The position numbers and the translations under genes were made by a program. This document shows positions 34,824-49,570 of a stretch of 64,000 nucleotides of DNA, in pieces. Below the pieces are notes generated by a model, which had not been told where the DNA came from, made no database searches, and saw nothing but the letters and a program-made list of their open reading frames with translations. The stretch is from Nemertoderma westbladi (lineage: Eukaryota; Animalia; Xenacoelomorpha): NCBI GenBank assembly GCA_032718475.1, contig JAUCBJ010001692.1:8-64007 (forward strand), in the 5' to 3' direction. Position 1 is the first letter of the stretch. Every line of letters begins with the position of its first letter.

Positions 34824-37800
34824 TTACGTTGGGGAGTCCCTAGATGTTTGTTGGATTAGGGAGGTGGTCGTGGGAAGATTATCTTGCCTTCCATAGTTTC
34901 CGGAGAGTTCTCTGTCTCTTTCCAGTAAACATAAACGACCAACTGGGCGATTGAGTTGCTGTGTCTCGAAGACAATTCCCGGTTTCTTAAAGTTACGTCG
35001 CATGACGACGAGTTCTACCGATCGCACTAAACCGTCATCCGAGATATGAGTCTCGATGATACGACCTGTCTGCCACCGCTTACGTGGAAGATCTGAATCC
35101 ACAATAAGGACCATGTCTCCGGCGCTGACGTTTTCTTGCTGCGCAAACCACTTAGTTCGAAGTTGTAGCGTGGGCAGATAATGTTTTTCGAAGTGGTCAG
35201 CGAAACGACGGGATAACAACTGCATAAGTTGCCAAGTTTGCCGACAGTATTCGTCTCCGTCCGTGATTTCCGATCGTGGGAGCATGGCTACAGGTTTCTT
35301 CAGTAGGAAGTGCACGGGTGTTAGCGCTTCCAGGGAATCGGGACTCGATGAGACTGGCATAAGCGGTCTCTCATTGAGATAGGCGGCTATTTCCTCCATT
35401 AACGTCCGCAAAAGTTCGTCGGTGAGATACACGCGGCACGGCACTATAAAGTGAAATGCGGTCTTCACGCTTCTGATTAATCTCTCCCAACTTCCTCCCC
35501 ACAAAGGGGCGTCGGCGGTGTTGAAGGTCCAGCTAGATGCTGTTACCCTTAGCTGATCGTCCACCTGTCTTTGGTTCCAATCTTTGACGTAAGCCTTGAT
35601 TTCATTGTTGGCACCAATGAAGTTCGTTCCCTTATCAGATCTCATCGTGTTACTAGTTCCAAAGCGAGCGATCTGTCGGCGTAAGCTCAATATGAAGCTA
35701 TTGGTAGACAAATCGTTCACCATATCGAGATGGATAGCTCTACAAGTCATACAGACAAAGATGACACACCATCTCTTGCCTATAGTCCTAGCACGATATA
35801 CTTCAATAGGGCTAAATAAATCCACACCGGTATTAGTAAAGGGTGGTTCATAGAAGCTTACTCGTTCCCTAGGTAATTCTGCCTCTCGCTGTGTTAAAGG
35901 CCTACTGAATGCTTTCCTACAGGGTATGCAGTTCCTAAGAACTTGGTTCAGAGCTCTACGGGGTTTATGAAAATAATAGCGAGTTCGAATTTCGCTAACA
36001 ACTCGTTCTCTACCAGCATGATAAAGCTTACTGTGAACATCTACAATCATCTTGATTTGTATTTCAAGATTTCTAATGAGTATGGGAAACTTAGTTTCAA
36101 AGGATAATGGAGCATTAGTTAGTCTTCCTCCAACACGTATTAACCCATCTATCATTGTGCTAGAGAAACGATCCCTTAAGCGCATCTGTGGATTTCTCAA
36201 CAACGGGAAATACTTATCGGAATCCTCATAGCATTGCAAGAGTCTCAGTATCTGCTTATTGGTTTCTTCATGCTCCTGGTAACTGATCTTCTCCTTCAGA
36301 AACCTGTCGGATATCTTGTATTTGGGAAGATCTTTAACAACATGGACCTGCGCAGATGTCAGTGGAGCGGTATCACTAGTGGTCTTCGTCCTGGAGTAGT
36401 GATGATGAAAACATCGCTTTAAATATGTAACGGCCTTACAGAGCCAATTCCAGGAACTATAGTGATGTATCGCTCTCTGTAGGAGGGGTGAGAGTCCTTG
36501 CGAGACATCTGGTATTCCAGATTTCCAATCTCTCTCCCTGATTTCCACAACAGACTTATTTGTGGCTGCGGGTTTCGGATCCAAAGCGTCGTCTCCGGAA
36601 GTGTGTAGTACAGACAGATCTACCACGGGTTTAAATAACTTCGATTTACTCGCCCGAGTTTTAGGTTTGACTTTCTCCGCTCCCTTGGCCTGTCTAATCT
36701 CCGCCGTAGTAAGATGAGGAGGCCATTCATCCTCTTCTTTGCTTAGGAAGTCGGGTCCACCTAACCAGTCTGGAGTATCTATCAGTTCTTGTGGAGTTGC
36801 TCCCCTGGAGGCGATGTCGGCTGGATTAATCGTTCCGGGGCAATGTCTCCATTGATCTATCTTCGTGCGACTAAGTATAATGGCTACTCTGTTGGTAACG
36901 AAGACGCTGAACTGACAGTCTTCATTGGTTATATACTCCAACACGAGTAAAGCATCGGTCCAATAGATAGTTTTCTCCAGTGGATAGTCGATCTGTTCTG
37001 TTACATTCCGGCCGATGGCTGTAGCGTATAGAGCCGCTTTTAACTCCGCTCAAGGAACTTTCAACTAGTTGTTTATCAAGGCCTTAGAGGTAACCAAGGC
37101 GACCTTGATTCCATCCAGAGTTTCAACTCTCAGGTAGGCTACTATACCTATTCCCATATCGCTGGCGTCTCCAAACACATGGAGTTGATAGGAATACGTA
37201 GGGAGAACATGACCAAAATATGAACGGGAAATTATAAAGTTCTCGATTGATGGTAGAGAATCTTCCCATTTCATCCACTTCTTTAATAGTTCTCCCTTAA
37301 GTGGATCGTCCCATGAGTGGTTTTCAAGCCACATTTGTTGTACTAAACTCCGAGCAATCAATATAACAGGGCTAATAAATCCCAATGGATCGAAATAAGT
37401 GCTCAGGATACTTAGACAAATCCGTTTAGTCCAAACTGGATTATCTCGCTGTTTTAGCTGGAAAAACAGGATATCTCTCTCTGTGTCCCATTTCAAACCA
37501 AGTGTCTTGGTTTCTGGAAGATCGTCTTTGATTAGGTCTAGATCTTTAACTCCTCGATCTTCTACCGGGATCGATTCCAGAAACTCACGGGAGTTGCTGG
37601 TGAATTTAGTTAATCGAAATCCACCTCTTTTCAAGCACTCTACCGTTCCTTTGGCGACATCAATGGCTTCTTTCACTGATGGGAGGGACTTTAAATTGTC
37701 GTCCATGTATATATCCCGTTTGATGTTGTCGATCACCTCTTTAGAGAAGGCGTCCCGGTTGTCATCAGCAGTGGTGCGCACTACTGAGCAGGCGTTTGAA

Positions 37801-39260
37801 GGACTCGAGATGATCCCAAAAGCCTGGATGGTCATCCAGTACTCCACCGGTTTCTGGTTGAGGTCTCCCTCAGGCCACCACAGAAATCGTAGGCTGTCTC
37901 GATCCCTATCCAGCGCTTTAACTTGTAAGAACATGCCTTCTATATCTGAGGCAAAAGCGATTGAATATTGTCGTAATCTTAAGAGTATTCCCAACAAGGA
38001 TTGGAGTAAGTTGGGTCCTGGCAACAACTCGGAATTGAGGGATTGGCCCATGTAGAGGGCGGAGCCGTCAAATACTACCCAGACTTCGTTGGGTTTACCG
38101 GGTTTGGGAACGTAATGATGTGTTAGATAGTACGTTCTCTCAGTTATGGGTGTTTCTTCCGGTACTCGCTCCGCATATCCCTTGTCAATAAATTTCTTCA
38201 ACTGAGTCTTGTACATTTCCTTAGCTGAAGCATTTGCCGTAAGGCGTCGATGTAGTTGCGCAATTCTTTTCTCCGCCAAGGGTCGGTTGTTTATAAATAT
38301 AGGTTCTCGCTTTCGAAATGGCAGACCAATTTCATATCTACCTTGATCTTTAAGAAAACGTGTAGTTGTTTCCTGTATCTGCTTGGCTCTTTCTGCTTCT
38401 ACCGATAGGGCCTTATTGTAGGAATTGGGCTCTACAGCCTCTTGAGTAAAGAATCGTACGGCGTGTTCATCCCGAGTCTTCGCGTTGTAGCGATCTATCA
38501 CGTCATTCAGTTCGTCGTTATAGTCGACTGTTCCTGATGGATGAATGAGTTGACATAGGTTCACTTGGTTTTGCCAAGTTTCGTTTTCCGTAAGGAGGTC
38601 GATGGTATTCTCCTCGTCGAAGAGATGGTGGATATCATCATTATCTGAGGAGTATGGTGTTCCCTCAGTTGTGTCATCTACCTCACTGCTCTCCGCTTCC
38701 CATTCACTTACCTGGTAGACCCGTTCTTTGGGTAACCTTTCCATGAGAGTTCTACGGGAAGGGCCAGTAAAGTACCAACCTACTCTAGTTCTTCCCGCAT
38801 AGGTTTGTAGTGGTTGCGGTTGAGCAGGCCGTTTCTCCAATGTCTCAAGCGCCTCATGCGCATTTTGGCCGATGAGTATTTGCACTCCAGGGTAGTCTGT
38901 GTTGAATCTAGGTATCTTAAGGTGCTGGGTGAAATCGTCCTCATCCCAGTTATAAGGTTCCACTTGGCTGGTAGCGAAGTTCTTTATCGCCACCATTTTT
39001 ACTGACCTTATACTGTATTCTCCTAGTTTATCCTGGGGAGTGGACAATGCACCTACATAATAATCTGCAATTACTGTAGATTTCCAAACCTGCATAATTC
39101 CTGACATGTTTAACTTAGTTCGGAACTTGGGTTGTCCAGCAAAGATGTCTTCGGCTAGTTCTTTGTCGATGAATGTTCCTGTGCTGCCGGAGTCAAGGAG
39201 GGCGTTCACTATATAACTCTTGTCACGCCCATGGACTCTCAACTGCACTATGGGAAATTC
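34824..39260 (-). pseudogene. pol: Element B pol: protease, RT, RNase H, integrase (frameshift near 37070)
   Basis: ALLDSGS, YMDD, LHVFGDAS, NPADIASRG, HHCC, VDLFSP/SDKGTNF/WERLIRSVK, C-terminal WQTGRI..DDGLVRSV. Confidence 0.95.
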
Positions 39261-42200
39261 TCAGATTCCTACGTTGGAAGTTGGTGCTTTCCAAGATGGT
39301 TGTCGTTCAGGAGTAGTTAGGGGGAGCTCATTGTCAGTTTCCTTCTCATACGTAAGTGCTCGATACACTGCGGTATTTATTAGGTAACAGGATTCGTTTT
39401 CGTCGGAGAATTCGTCCGTATAGAATCCTTCCATCTCAGAACTTTGGTCAGTGTCGTTCACATCACTGAATTGGACATGTAGTTCGGACTCACTTACCTG
39501 ACTAGGGCTGTTTCTTTCGAATTCAGTGTGCAACAAGATATGATGTTTCGCGCCGCACTTTGCACACCTTGCGTCGGAGTAACAGGTTCGCCGTTGGTGT
39601 CCTTGTCTGAGGCAATTATAACACAACCGCTTATCCCACATGACTTCACGTCTATCTTTTAGTAACTTCTTTAAAAATTCATCACACGTACTTAAACGGT
39701 GGGGCCCGTCACACAGCGCACATTTTGGTTTGATGTTACTTACCTTACTTTGAGTAACGTTGTGCACACTCGTTCTTTCCTCGGGCTTTCTTACATGAAT
39801 TCTCTTAGGAGACGTAGGAGGAGTTTTTCTTACCTGTTCTCTCCTGTCATTGGTTCAAGACTTGAATTTACTTACGTCTTTAGGCACTTTGTTGACATAG
39901 TAAGATCTTTCAGTGTCTTTCCCGCTGTCCTCTTCTTGAGAAGCCTGGCTTTCGCCGTCGTCGGTATAACACACTGGTGTTACCTTTCTCCTAGAAACGG
40001 GTTTCTCACTTACCTTATTTTCTGGTGTCTTCTCTCTGGACTGCTTTAGGAGCTGTAATTTTACCTCTCCATCTAAGAATGACATGAGATCAGCCATGGT
40101 AGGGTCTCTTCGTTGTTGTTCCATCATATATAAGACTTTTTCTTGTCCCAGCGTGTACCTACTCCACCCTTTGGTAAAGTAGAGGCCACGGCTCCAATAA
40201 CCATAGAACTCTGATATTCATGGGACTTACCTAGCCAATCTAATTGTCTACAGATCTCCTGAATCTCATCGGAAAACTCTATAATCCCGCTGCTAATGAA
40301 CTTTCGGGGCGCTACCAATTTTGCATACAAATACCTAGCTATGTTATTCCTATTACCATACCTGATGTTTAGTGTATCCCAAACTTGTCTTAATCCATCT
40401 GGATGTCCAATAAACTTTAACGCCATTAACTTGGGAGATCCTTCCAAGCACTCAATGAGGAATCTAAGTTTCTCTCCATTAGATAGCACAGAGTTCTGTA
40501 TGTTATCTTTATAATATTCATTAAAAGGTAACCATTTCATCTCATCTCCATTGAACTTAACGATCTCTCCCACCTTTACCGCTTGACGGGCTTCGGTTCT
40601 AGCCATTTGACGCGTAAAACTTTCTTGGGCCATCGTGTTATTTAATATCGAGTTATCGGTATAATAAATTTCTCGGATTATGATCAGGTCTATATGGAAT
40701 ATCATTGTCAACAGGTTTATAATTACCCTTAATAGTTTCTACTTCACTAGCAGTATAGATGCGTGTAGGCTCCACACCTTGCGCATGAAATACTTCAGAC
40801 CTAACAGGTTGACACATTGTTACAGGGGGTGATGGTATACCCTTTTGTATATTTACTAATTTATCGCGTTCTAACGCGATACTCTGCTGCACTTCTTGCA
40901 ACTCTAACCTGCCCTCTCTGACTGTTCCCTTTAAGTGCTGAACAGTCCCTTCCATCTCCCGGACCTGCTGAGAGGAACACAAACGGTGTTCCCTCAGCTG
41001 CCCGAGCAGGAGACCCATCTCCCGCCATCCCTCATCCACCCACTCTACCGCCGAAGCGGGAGCCGCCAACATAGTAGCGGGTAGACGAGGGACAATGGGC
41101 GACAAATCGTCGATATTTCGCTCGGAGTCCAGGACAGGAACTGTCTCAGGGGCGGTTCTGTTGGGCACAGGTAGTTTAGTGCTGTGCAAAGGGAATTTAG
41201 AGGTAGGTTCTGGGAGTACAGGTGTCTCTATCACCGAAGGGGTGGCTTCGAGAACAGGCCTAATTATTTCAGGCTCATCTACTATTGTAGGGAGTCTTTC
41301 TATTCTAATAATTTGGTCTGTGGGTTCTGTACTACCTAAGTCTGTGCTAGCTAGTTGCCTTCTAACAGCTGGGGGCAAATCAGGCAATTTCTGACGGTGG
41401 GACATTCTTCTACGCCTGCTTAGACGAGATCTATTTCCTCCGCCTTCAAGATCGGCGGTATCGCCTTCATCAGATGATGTAAATCCCTGTCTTTTGGGAG
41501 TAGATCGACTCATCATCTGCATTTGACTAGCTGTTAACTGTTTATTGAAGTTGTCTTGCTTCTCCTGAAGATTTTCCAACTCTAGTTGGGTTGTCTCTTC
41601 AGATGCCCTCCGTTCTGCTTCTGCCACTGCCGCTTTTCTTTCCACTTCGGCCGCTTTTCTTTCCACTTCGACCGCCTTTCTTTCCGCTTCTGCCGCTGCC
41701 ACTGCCGCCTTTCTTTCCGCTTCTGCCGCTGCCACTGCCGCCTTTCTTTCCACTTCGGCCGCTTTTCTTTCCACTTCGACCGCCTTTCTTTCAGCTTCTG
41801 CCTCTGCCGCTGCCGCTGCTGCTGTCTTTCTATCTTCTATACGTTTTTTCTTCACTTGTTCTTCTTGAACCCTAGCGATGCGGATGCTTTCATCAAATTT
41901 AGCTTGGTTCGCAGCTAACATTTCCGCATCTATTGCGTCCAACACAAACTTGGCTCCTTCACTATTAGGACGAAGTCCAGCCAGCCTTCTCCTCAACTCT
42001 TCGTCACCTAGAAATCGTTGATAGTCTGACAGATAGATGTCTATAGCGTCCTTCTTCTGCGGTTTCTCTGCTGTCGCTTCGCTTTCCACTTGAGAAAAGG
42101 TAGCGTCTGTTGATTCTCCGTGGGTTGAGCGCTCAGCCAGCTGAAAATTCCACTGGGCCGTTCCTTGAACCTTGAGACTCACCCGCTGGAACCAAGTCTT

Positions 42201-42926
42201 TACGGCAACTTGCAACGACATGTCTTGTCTTCTTTTCGAAGCTTCCTCAAAGGCCGATAGGATTAGTCTGATCCTTAGAATTCTTTCTCTAACTTGATAA
42301 AGCAGCTCTCCCTGCTCTTGAGGTCCTTGGGGTTGTCGAAACAGTTGTTCTTCTAATCGCTCCAAAGAGCTGAAGAATCCCTGTACATATCCTGCTGCCG
42401 ACCTCTTCCACACAGCTGGATCACTAGTGTCTTTTGTCACTCCCATCCTGTGTATGTCTTCCCAGGCAGCTTCCGATAAGTCAAACGGGAGTCCGGGTCC
42501 GGGGAAGTTCCATTGCGACTCGACAATAGACTTCAGTTCCTCCCTTGTGTATCCCGCATAACTATCCTTGGTCGATCGCTTACTTCTCTCCCAATCAATT
42601 TGGTGTTCCTCCACCGCAATCAATACCCTAGTGAGTACGGCTGCAGGAAGGATGAGAAGGGGATCCGAATAAACCGCATCTGCCATCTTTGCTCCGCGCT
42701 CGGGTGTCAGCTCTACAGTATCCGAACTACTGGAGCTGTCGGGCCGCTGAGAAATAAGTTCTCGGCTCGAGTGTTGCTGCTGTTTAACAGCTGCTTCTTG
42801 GTCCCGCTTGACTTGAGCCCAAGTGCCTATGATATACCTCCGGTGTTGGACTAGCCTAGGGTCCGATACTACTACTGGAGGGATGATCTTTCTTACAGTA
42901 GGAGGTGAGTTGAACTTCGGTCTCAC
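39261..42926 (-). pseudogene. gag: Element B gag (several frameshifts and stops, start region deleted)
   Basis: Colinear with A gag; Ala/Glu/Lys repeats, DUF1759-like motif and triple Cys motif. Confidence 0.9.
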
Positions 42927-45921
42927 ACGTTATACACAGTTGAATGCCTACTGCTATATTACAGTTAAAGCAAGTCTAGTAATTCAGTATCAACTGTTAG
43001 CCTAGTAATTAATTACCGATATCGTTACTCAGTGTAACGTGATATATTTACAATATATTAGAATACCGGTATGCACTTATAGTATATATATAAGTATTAT
43101 TACAGACTAGGTTTGTCACAGAATACCGGTATATAATTTCAGCTCAAATATATAGAAATATATAATAAGCCTATCGTGAATACCAGTATACAGCTTACAC
43201 TTATAGTATATATAAGTATAATTATAGACTAGAATTAATTACAGAATACCGGTATATAATTTCAGCACAAATATATAGAAATATATAATAAGCCTATTGT
43301 AAATACCGGTATGTCAATTATTTTAGAATAATTGAATTTCTGAATTTTAGGGTTACTTGGTTACTTTACTTTACTTTATTACCGTTATTTAAGCAGTAGT
43401 CCAACTGATATTAAGACCTAATTGTTGTATGACAGGCCTACTATTTTATAAATCAGTTTGAGTTGATTTATAATATATATACCCGTTTAATGGGTTTCGT
43501 TACAATATTTGAAATAAATGTTATTATTTCTGGGAAGGAGTCACTACACAGAAGCTGTACGCTCTCAGTGAAGTGCTACTTGTTGGACACTAAAACAAAT
43601 AATTCTAATTTGCCTAAGTTACTTATTACTACAATTATGTACAATACGGGATGAGATTACAATCTCTAAATAAACACAAAAATTACACGTACGAATTTTA
43701 GGGGTAATTTTACAAGAAGTCTACAAACCAGCCTAACAAGGGGTTAGAATTTCTGGTTATTACAACAGACAGGATACTACGGTATTTGAAAGTAATAAAG
43801 CAGTAGTAAATATATTGCGTTGTCCAGATAGGAAAAATACCACCGTCTGACGACTTATAGCCGGAGCGCTATAAGTACTGCGTTATGTACACGGAGTGTT
43901 CCTACCTAGAAGTTAATTACCGGCCTACCAGAGCCAACGTGCCTATTACTTTACAACACAAATATACTGCCTACACACTAATTATCTTAGGAAAGCACTG
44001 TACACTAAACCCTAAATTAGGTACAAGTACTTATACAACAAATAACCAGCAGTTAAAAATACTTGTACAGCTAAAAGAACCACGGTATCTGCCGGAGTGA
44101 CCAGAGCATAAAATCACCAGTCTTTACCTACGCCGAACAGCCCTGATGTAGTACCGGGGTTAATTTAACTATAACGGTATGTATAACAAGCACAATTACT
44201 GTAGGAATAAACTTGGGGTTGTGAATGTTGTGAATAATCGCATAAACTCTGAATAATAAATATTACGCTACCCATACAGACTACACAAACAAAATACAGA
44301 CCAAACGCTGGCAGACTGCTATCAAGCCTAAATAAACTACAGTATATGCAGACTCCGAAATGGTTAGTTAGTATGCGTTCTAACCAAGTAGTACGACTTA
44401 TTCTTTCGGGGGGGGGATTTACCTTACAGCACTGGATGCCCACCACGTTCCTAACTAGTAATTTATCAGACATATACTCTACACACACTGCAATCTCTTC
44501 AGACTTAACAACAGTCAGACAACAATTCAGCCTACAAATTATTTATACAATCTGGGCAGGCTTACACGTCTTCTGCTCAATATTAACTTACAAATAAATA
44601 AAACTGACAGAAATAAGTAAAATCCCAATAAAAAACCAGGGCTGCAGTCCCTGATTAAATATCAAGACCTACCGGTATATAATTATCAAAATCGAATAAT
44701 ACTGCTGTACCTGTACTGCTGTAAGTACCGGTTCGGGTGGTTAGGTAGTCAGGCCTACTGGTTACCGGTCGACCGGTACTTTTACCTTTATTGCCTACGT
44801 TGCAATAAAGAAGCAATAACTGTTATTGTTCGCGCTTTTAGACCTTTAGCAGTTTAACCTGCCAAATTTAGGTGTCTTCTAGGTTATAAATCGACTTTAG
44901 CCTATGACAAGTATTTGATACACATAAAACTACATTAGCCGAAGCCAGCCTATGCGCGACCATTCACCCACTGGATTTACCCGGGAGACTGGATTCGGAA
45001 GCTCTGACCTTATTGCGGTGTAGGCCTACTATATTATTCGATTGATCGTTAATATATAATCTCTGACAAATATTATTCACTTTCGGGAAATATTAACAGT
45101 TCCTTTAGGACGTGGCGCTCTAAGTATGTAAACAGAGTTATGACTTACACTAAACACAACGGGATGGCTATTGATTCACGTATAAAGCGCATTCTTTAGG
45201 AGATTTTTCTTGATCTTGAGGAGATCTTGAGGACATTCTTTATCTATCACACTCATGCACACTACTGCACAATGCTGCACACCGATCTGCCGACCTTCAC
45301 TAATTTTAATCATATATAAGGAGAACAGCCACTGACACATGTAGGGTCTATGAAATAGCATTCAATTCACTCCAAAACCACTATAATGTAAGTCGCAATT
45401 GCTATATGTAACCGGTCTCTCTAACCCTTCAGTATATCAAGAAGATTGGGGTTTTCTGATTATTTATCGATATTCTCCAAATATAACAATATTCCTTCAA
45501 CTGATACAATTAATAACCGACAGTAAATAGCAGTAAAAATAATGCGGTGTTTGTATGTGACAATATGAGCAGTTTGTGATATGCAGATTTGGTTTGCCAG
45601 TTTTGTTAACAGTTATACGTTTCTATGATCAAAGCCGTTCTAATGTTTGGCTAAAGTCTGAAACACAGAATAATTCCAAAGCAGGTGTTTTGGGCTTAGA
45701 AAGATACACACTGACTGAATTGCGTGAGTTTCTGTATGCACTGTCCAACACAAAATGAAAATCGCTCTGATTGGTCGAGCCAAACAAAGAAAGCCAAAAG
45801 CTACACGTCGACATCTCAGCTGATAGATGTCGTCATCTGAAATACACCGTATTAAGAGTATTCTGGTGCATTGCGGCATAAAATTGCTAGTTATGTACAT
45901 ATACATGTATATGTACATGTA

Positions 45922-47956
45922 CAGTCGGGGTCTCAAAGCGCATCTGTTCTTTGAGATTTTCTCAAAGTTTTTCTAAAAGTGTCTAAAAGTCATTACATTA
46001 CTCCCAACGGCCGCTTTGAATTCTTGTAGACACTTTTAGTTGGGAATCTCAAAGTGATTTCCTGCTTTTAGGCACTTTGAATTCTTTGAATTCTTTGAGA
46101 AATGTCACTTTGAGGTAGTTTGCGGCACTTTTAATTCTTTGAGAAAATAAACTCCGAGGTATTCCTGATTGACAGCTCGTGGTAAGTTAACTGAGAGGCA
46201 GAGGCATTCTCGGGGAACAATATTATGCGGGCAACAAAGTGATACTTGTGTGTTGGCCAGTTGTTGCATAGAAGCTATATTCCCATTAATTTATCAAATT
46301 GAGGTTCCTGAGGTCATTACAGGATGAGTTTTCGGTCGCAAGTACAAATTGAATTTACGGCACCCTAAAGTCTTTCTAAAAAAACATTCATTCAAATAAT
46401 ACATGAAACATAATTTGTAAAACAAGATTAATGCTTGACAAGATTGATTATTTTAATAACATAATACAATATCAGATTAAAAATTAATATAAGAGAAACT
46501 TCTCTGTAGTTTCTCTGTGTATACGCAGTTTCATTATAATGACCGAAAGAAGCCCTGTTGGGAGAAAGCTTGTAATAACATTTGTTATTCATTTCATTAG
46601 TCACCTCAGGTCAAACCGTACTACCTTTACTGTTTAATTAATATGATAACTATGTTGACGAGAGCGCGAGAATTCCTTCTTAAAAACTAAGAAAGGCTTT
46701 CGACTTTCAAGTACGATAGAACGGCTACAATCTTGTGTTGTTTTAGCTTAATAGAGATATTAAAATATCCCCTGCCGCTGGCGTTTATATTTGAGCATAT
46801 TTTAAATGTTTGCCTCATATTCAATTGATGTGTACCGCCTTCTGGCAAAGCGGCACCCAGTTTAAACTATCAATCACAGCTAGTGAGTAGCGACCCACGG
46901 TCGGCGACCTTCAAACAAACAGGTGCAGAGTCGGAAAGAACTGTCACATGCTTTGCTTGGCTTGTGGTACCATTTGATTACATAATAGATTTTGGCAGAC
47001 TGGGCGGTCGCTCTGACCATATGCATTGCGCACCAACAATGCCTAAAATTGAATCATTTATCTTTATTCCTGCCTCTATCGTTATTCTTTACTTTGTATA
47101 ACACAATTTACAGTACGGCAAAGTATGGCTGGTTGACCATTGAAATGCATTGGTAAAGGAATTCGGCGTTCACGTGGGCTAAACAAATTTAAACAGTACA
47201 GTTTTAGCACTATACATTAATATAGATAGGGCAACAGAAAAACTGTCTATGACACAAATACCAACACATCCCGATAGCCCGCAATTACGGCGTCTCTAAA
47301 GAGCCCAAATATAAATTAATAAAATCCTCTATGAAACAATAAAAATTCCTACAAAAAATACTGCTGTATTAAATATTAGTTACTGCAGTAACATATAACA
47401 ATTACTGCAGTAACAAATATTTATTACTGCAGTAATAAATATTTATTACTGCAGTAATAAATATTTATTACTGCAGTAACAAATATTTGTTACTGCAGTA
47501 ACAAATATTTATTACTGCAATAATCAATATTAATAAATTAATAAATAATTGAATAAAAATTAATACTGCAGTAATCAATATTAATAAATAATTGAATAAA
47601 AATTTCTACTGCAGTAACAAATTATTTGTTACTGCAGAAAAATACAATTTTTTATTACTGCAGTAAGTTTAATTCTTACTTTCAGTAACAAATATTTATT
47701 ACTGCAGTATTTTTTGGAGGCATCTTTATTGTTTCATAGAGGTTTTTATTACTTATATTTTACCCTTTAGTAGTCAAAGTCTATATACCCCATACCATAG
47801 CCAGCTTCAGGCAGGACTGTATGAAATGACTGACAGTACTACTTTGAAATCTTTGAGGACACTTTGTCATTTTCTTGGACCACTTTTAGAAATTTGAGAC
47901 ACTTTTAGTTCTTTAAGAAAATCTCAAAGAACAGATGCACTTTGAGACCCCGACTG
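45922..47956. mobile_element. TA-flanked non-autonomous TIR element inserted in the B 5' LTR
   Basis: About 46-bp TIR CAGTCGGGGTCTCAAAG(C/T)GCATCTGTTCTTTGAGATTTTCT; absent from the 3' LTR. Confidence 0.9.
47300..47768. mobile_element. Nested foldback MITE with palindromic 21-bp TTACTGCAGTAA array
   Basis: Inverted arms CCTCTATGAAACAATAAA / TTTATTGTTTCATAGAGG around tandem TTACTGCAGTAA(T/C)AAATATTTA units. Confidence 0.7.
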
Positions 47957-49259
47957 TATATATACAGAAGAAATGGCTTTTTATGTCCACTAAAACACCT
48001 ATACAGTAAGGAAACGGCTTTTTATGTCCGCTAAAACACCTACAGAGTACTTTGCGGGGAAAATAACCAGCTAATTCCGCAAAAGCCTTTACAAGTATTA
48101 TTAAAATAAAAATGGTTTTTCAAAATTATATACTTTTCTTTTATACTATTCTTTGGAAATCTCAATAATATTTGGATCTTTAGAGCACTTTTTGTTTTCG
48201 TGACGTGGCATTTTATTTAATGAAAACAGTTAAAGTGAACCTACTACTGTAAACATTAAAAAACATATAAAAACATATAAATTTTTTAAAAAATTTATAA
48301 TTCCTAATAATACACCTTAAAATGTTAATCTGTTTTTGTTTTTGTAAAGTGCTTTTTTTTTGCAAAACTATAGCTAATATGACATAGAACATTAAAAAAA
48401 AAATAAAGTATCGAAAACTAGCTACAGTACTATGTACAAAAATATCCCGGTCATGGGTACACATACTGTAGTAGTGCCCAATGAAGGAGTAATTGTATCA
48501 AATGTGAATTTTTAGAACTCTCCTCATATTATCAGGTCTCAATCTTTAAAATCGATTCCAGATTTACTATACAGTACCTAACTACCTCCTACGTATGCTA
48601 GGCATCTGTACACTTGTCGCTGTCTTACGGGATCATACCTTTCGGCAACAATTCTGTAATAAGTTCTAAACAAAGTGGTTGTGAATTGTAACCATGGTAG
48701 CTAGTGGATGGAACCTATTAATATGCGAATATTTTATATTTTATTATTATATTCTAATTGATTGGCCGTAACTAAGCTACCAAAAGCGGGATAGGATTAA
48801 TAACTGGTTATTTTCCCTAGGGCGAATTCGGATATTTTTTTACATAGACCACCATTGTATTGTTATTTTAAACAGTTTGTAATGGGGAATAACTGTTTAT
48901 AAGTTCCGTGGTGTTATCGAAATTACCATTGCTAAAGTGTTGCTAACAGTGTGTTGAACGCACTGTATTGAATAGGCCCACTACTGTATATTGCAGGGGA
49001 CAGTGGGTTTCACCACACAAGGCACAAGGCAACTGCTGAAATAAACAAATATGTCGTCCATCTTTAATACTCAAGGTGAGCCTTGAAATTTCAAATTTCA
49101 CCTTGACTAAGTATTGCTTTGAATTACCCGCTTGACTGAAACTCAAAAAAATCTTAATCAAGGTAAAACTTGAGTTTCAAGGTGACATTGAAGTGTATTT
49201 CAAGGTAAATCTCAAAATTTTGTGAGTTACTCGGCCCTGGTGTATTTATAAGATAGCTA

Positions 49260-49570
49260 CTGTTGTTAAAAATAGATGAGGATTTGTCAAGGCTTTTACG
49301 GGAGGCTGACCTACAGATGCCGTTATGTTCTGTCTGTAATTCTTATGAGTGTTATCAAGTGCCTTGGGGTACCTGCCATACAGCAGGAACACTCACGAAT
49401 GTGTGGGGGTATATATATATTATCTAATATATATATCTAAGTGAGTGTACAACTAATTACTGTAAGTATAAAGCTTCGGGGCTTATAAACTGCTTCAAGG
49501 GGGGTGATAGTTACGTGTAAACCGTTCCGTTATATTGTGTTGTTGGCGAGTAAAAATTAAATTAAATTGC
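49260..49570 (+). mobile_element. Probable LINE 3' UTR fragment
   Basis: Ends TTGGCGAGTAAAAATTAAATTAAATTG, a short-repeat tail like CR1/L2-group ends; no coding support. Confidence 0.3.

Larger units (their letters stand above)
17662..48093 (-). mobile_element. BEL/Pao LTR retrotransposon B (defective; hosts element A and a MITE)
   Basis: TG...CA LTRs: 5' LTR 44827-48093 (MITE inside), 3' LTR 17662-18543 plus 31203-31506. TSD AGTAT (17657-17661, 48094-48098). gag-PR-RT-RH-IN order; purine tract GGGAGCGG next to the 3' LTR. Confidence 0.95.
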
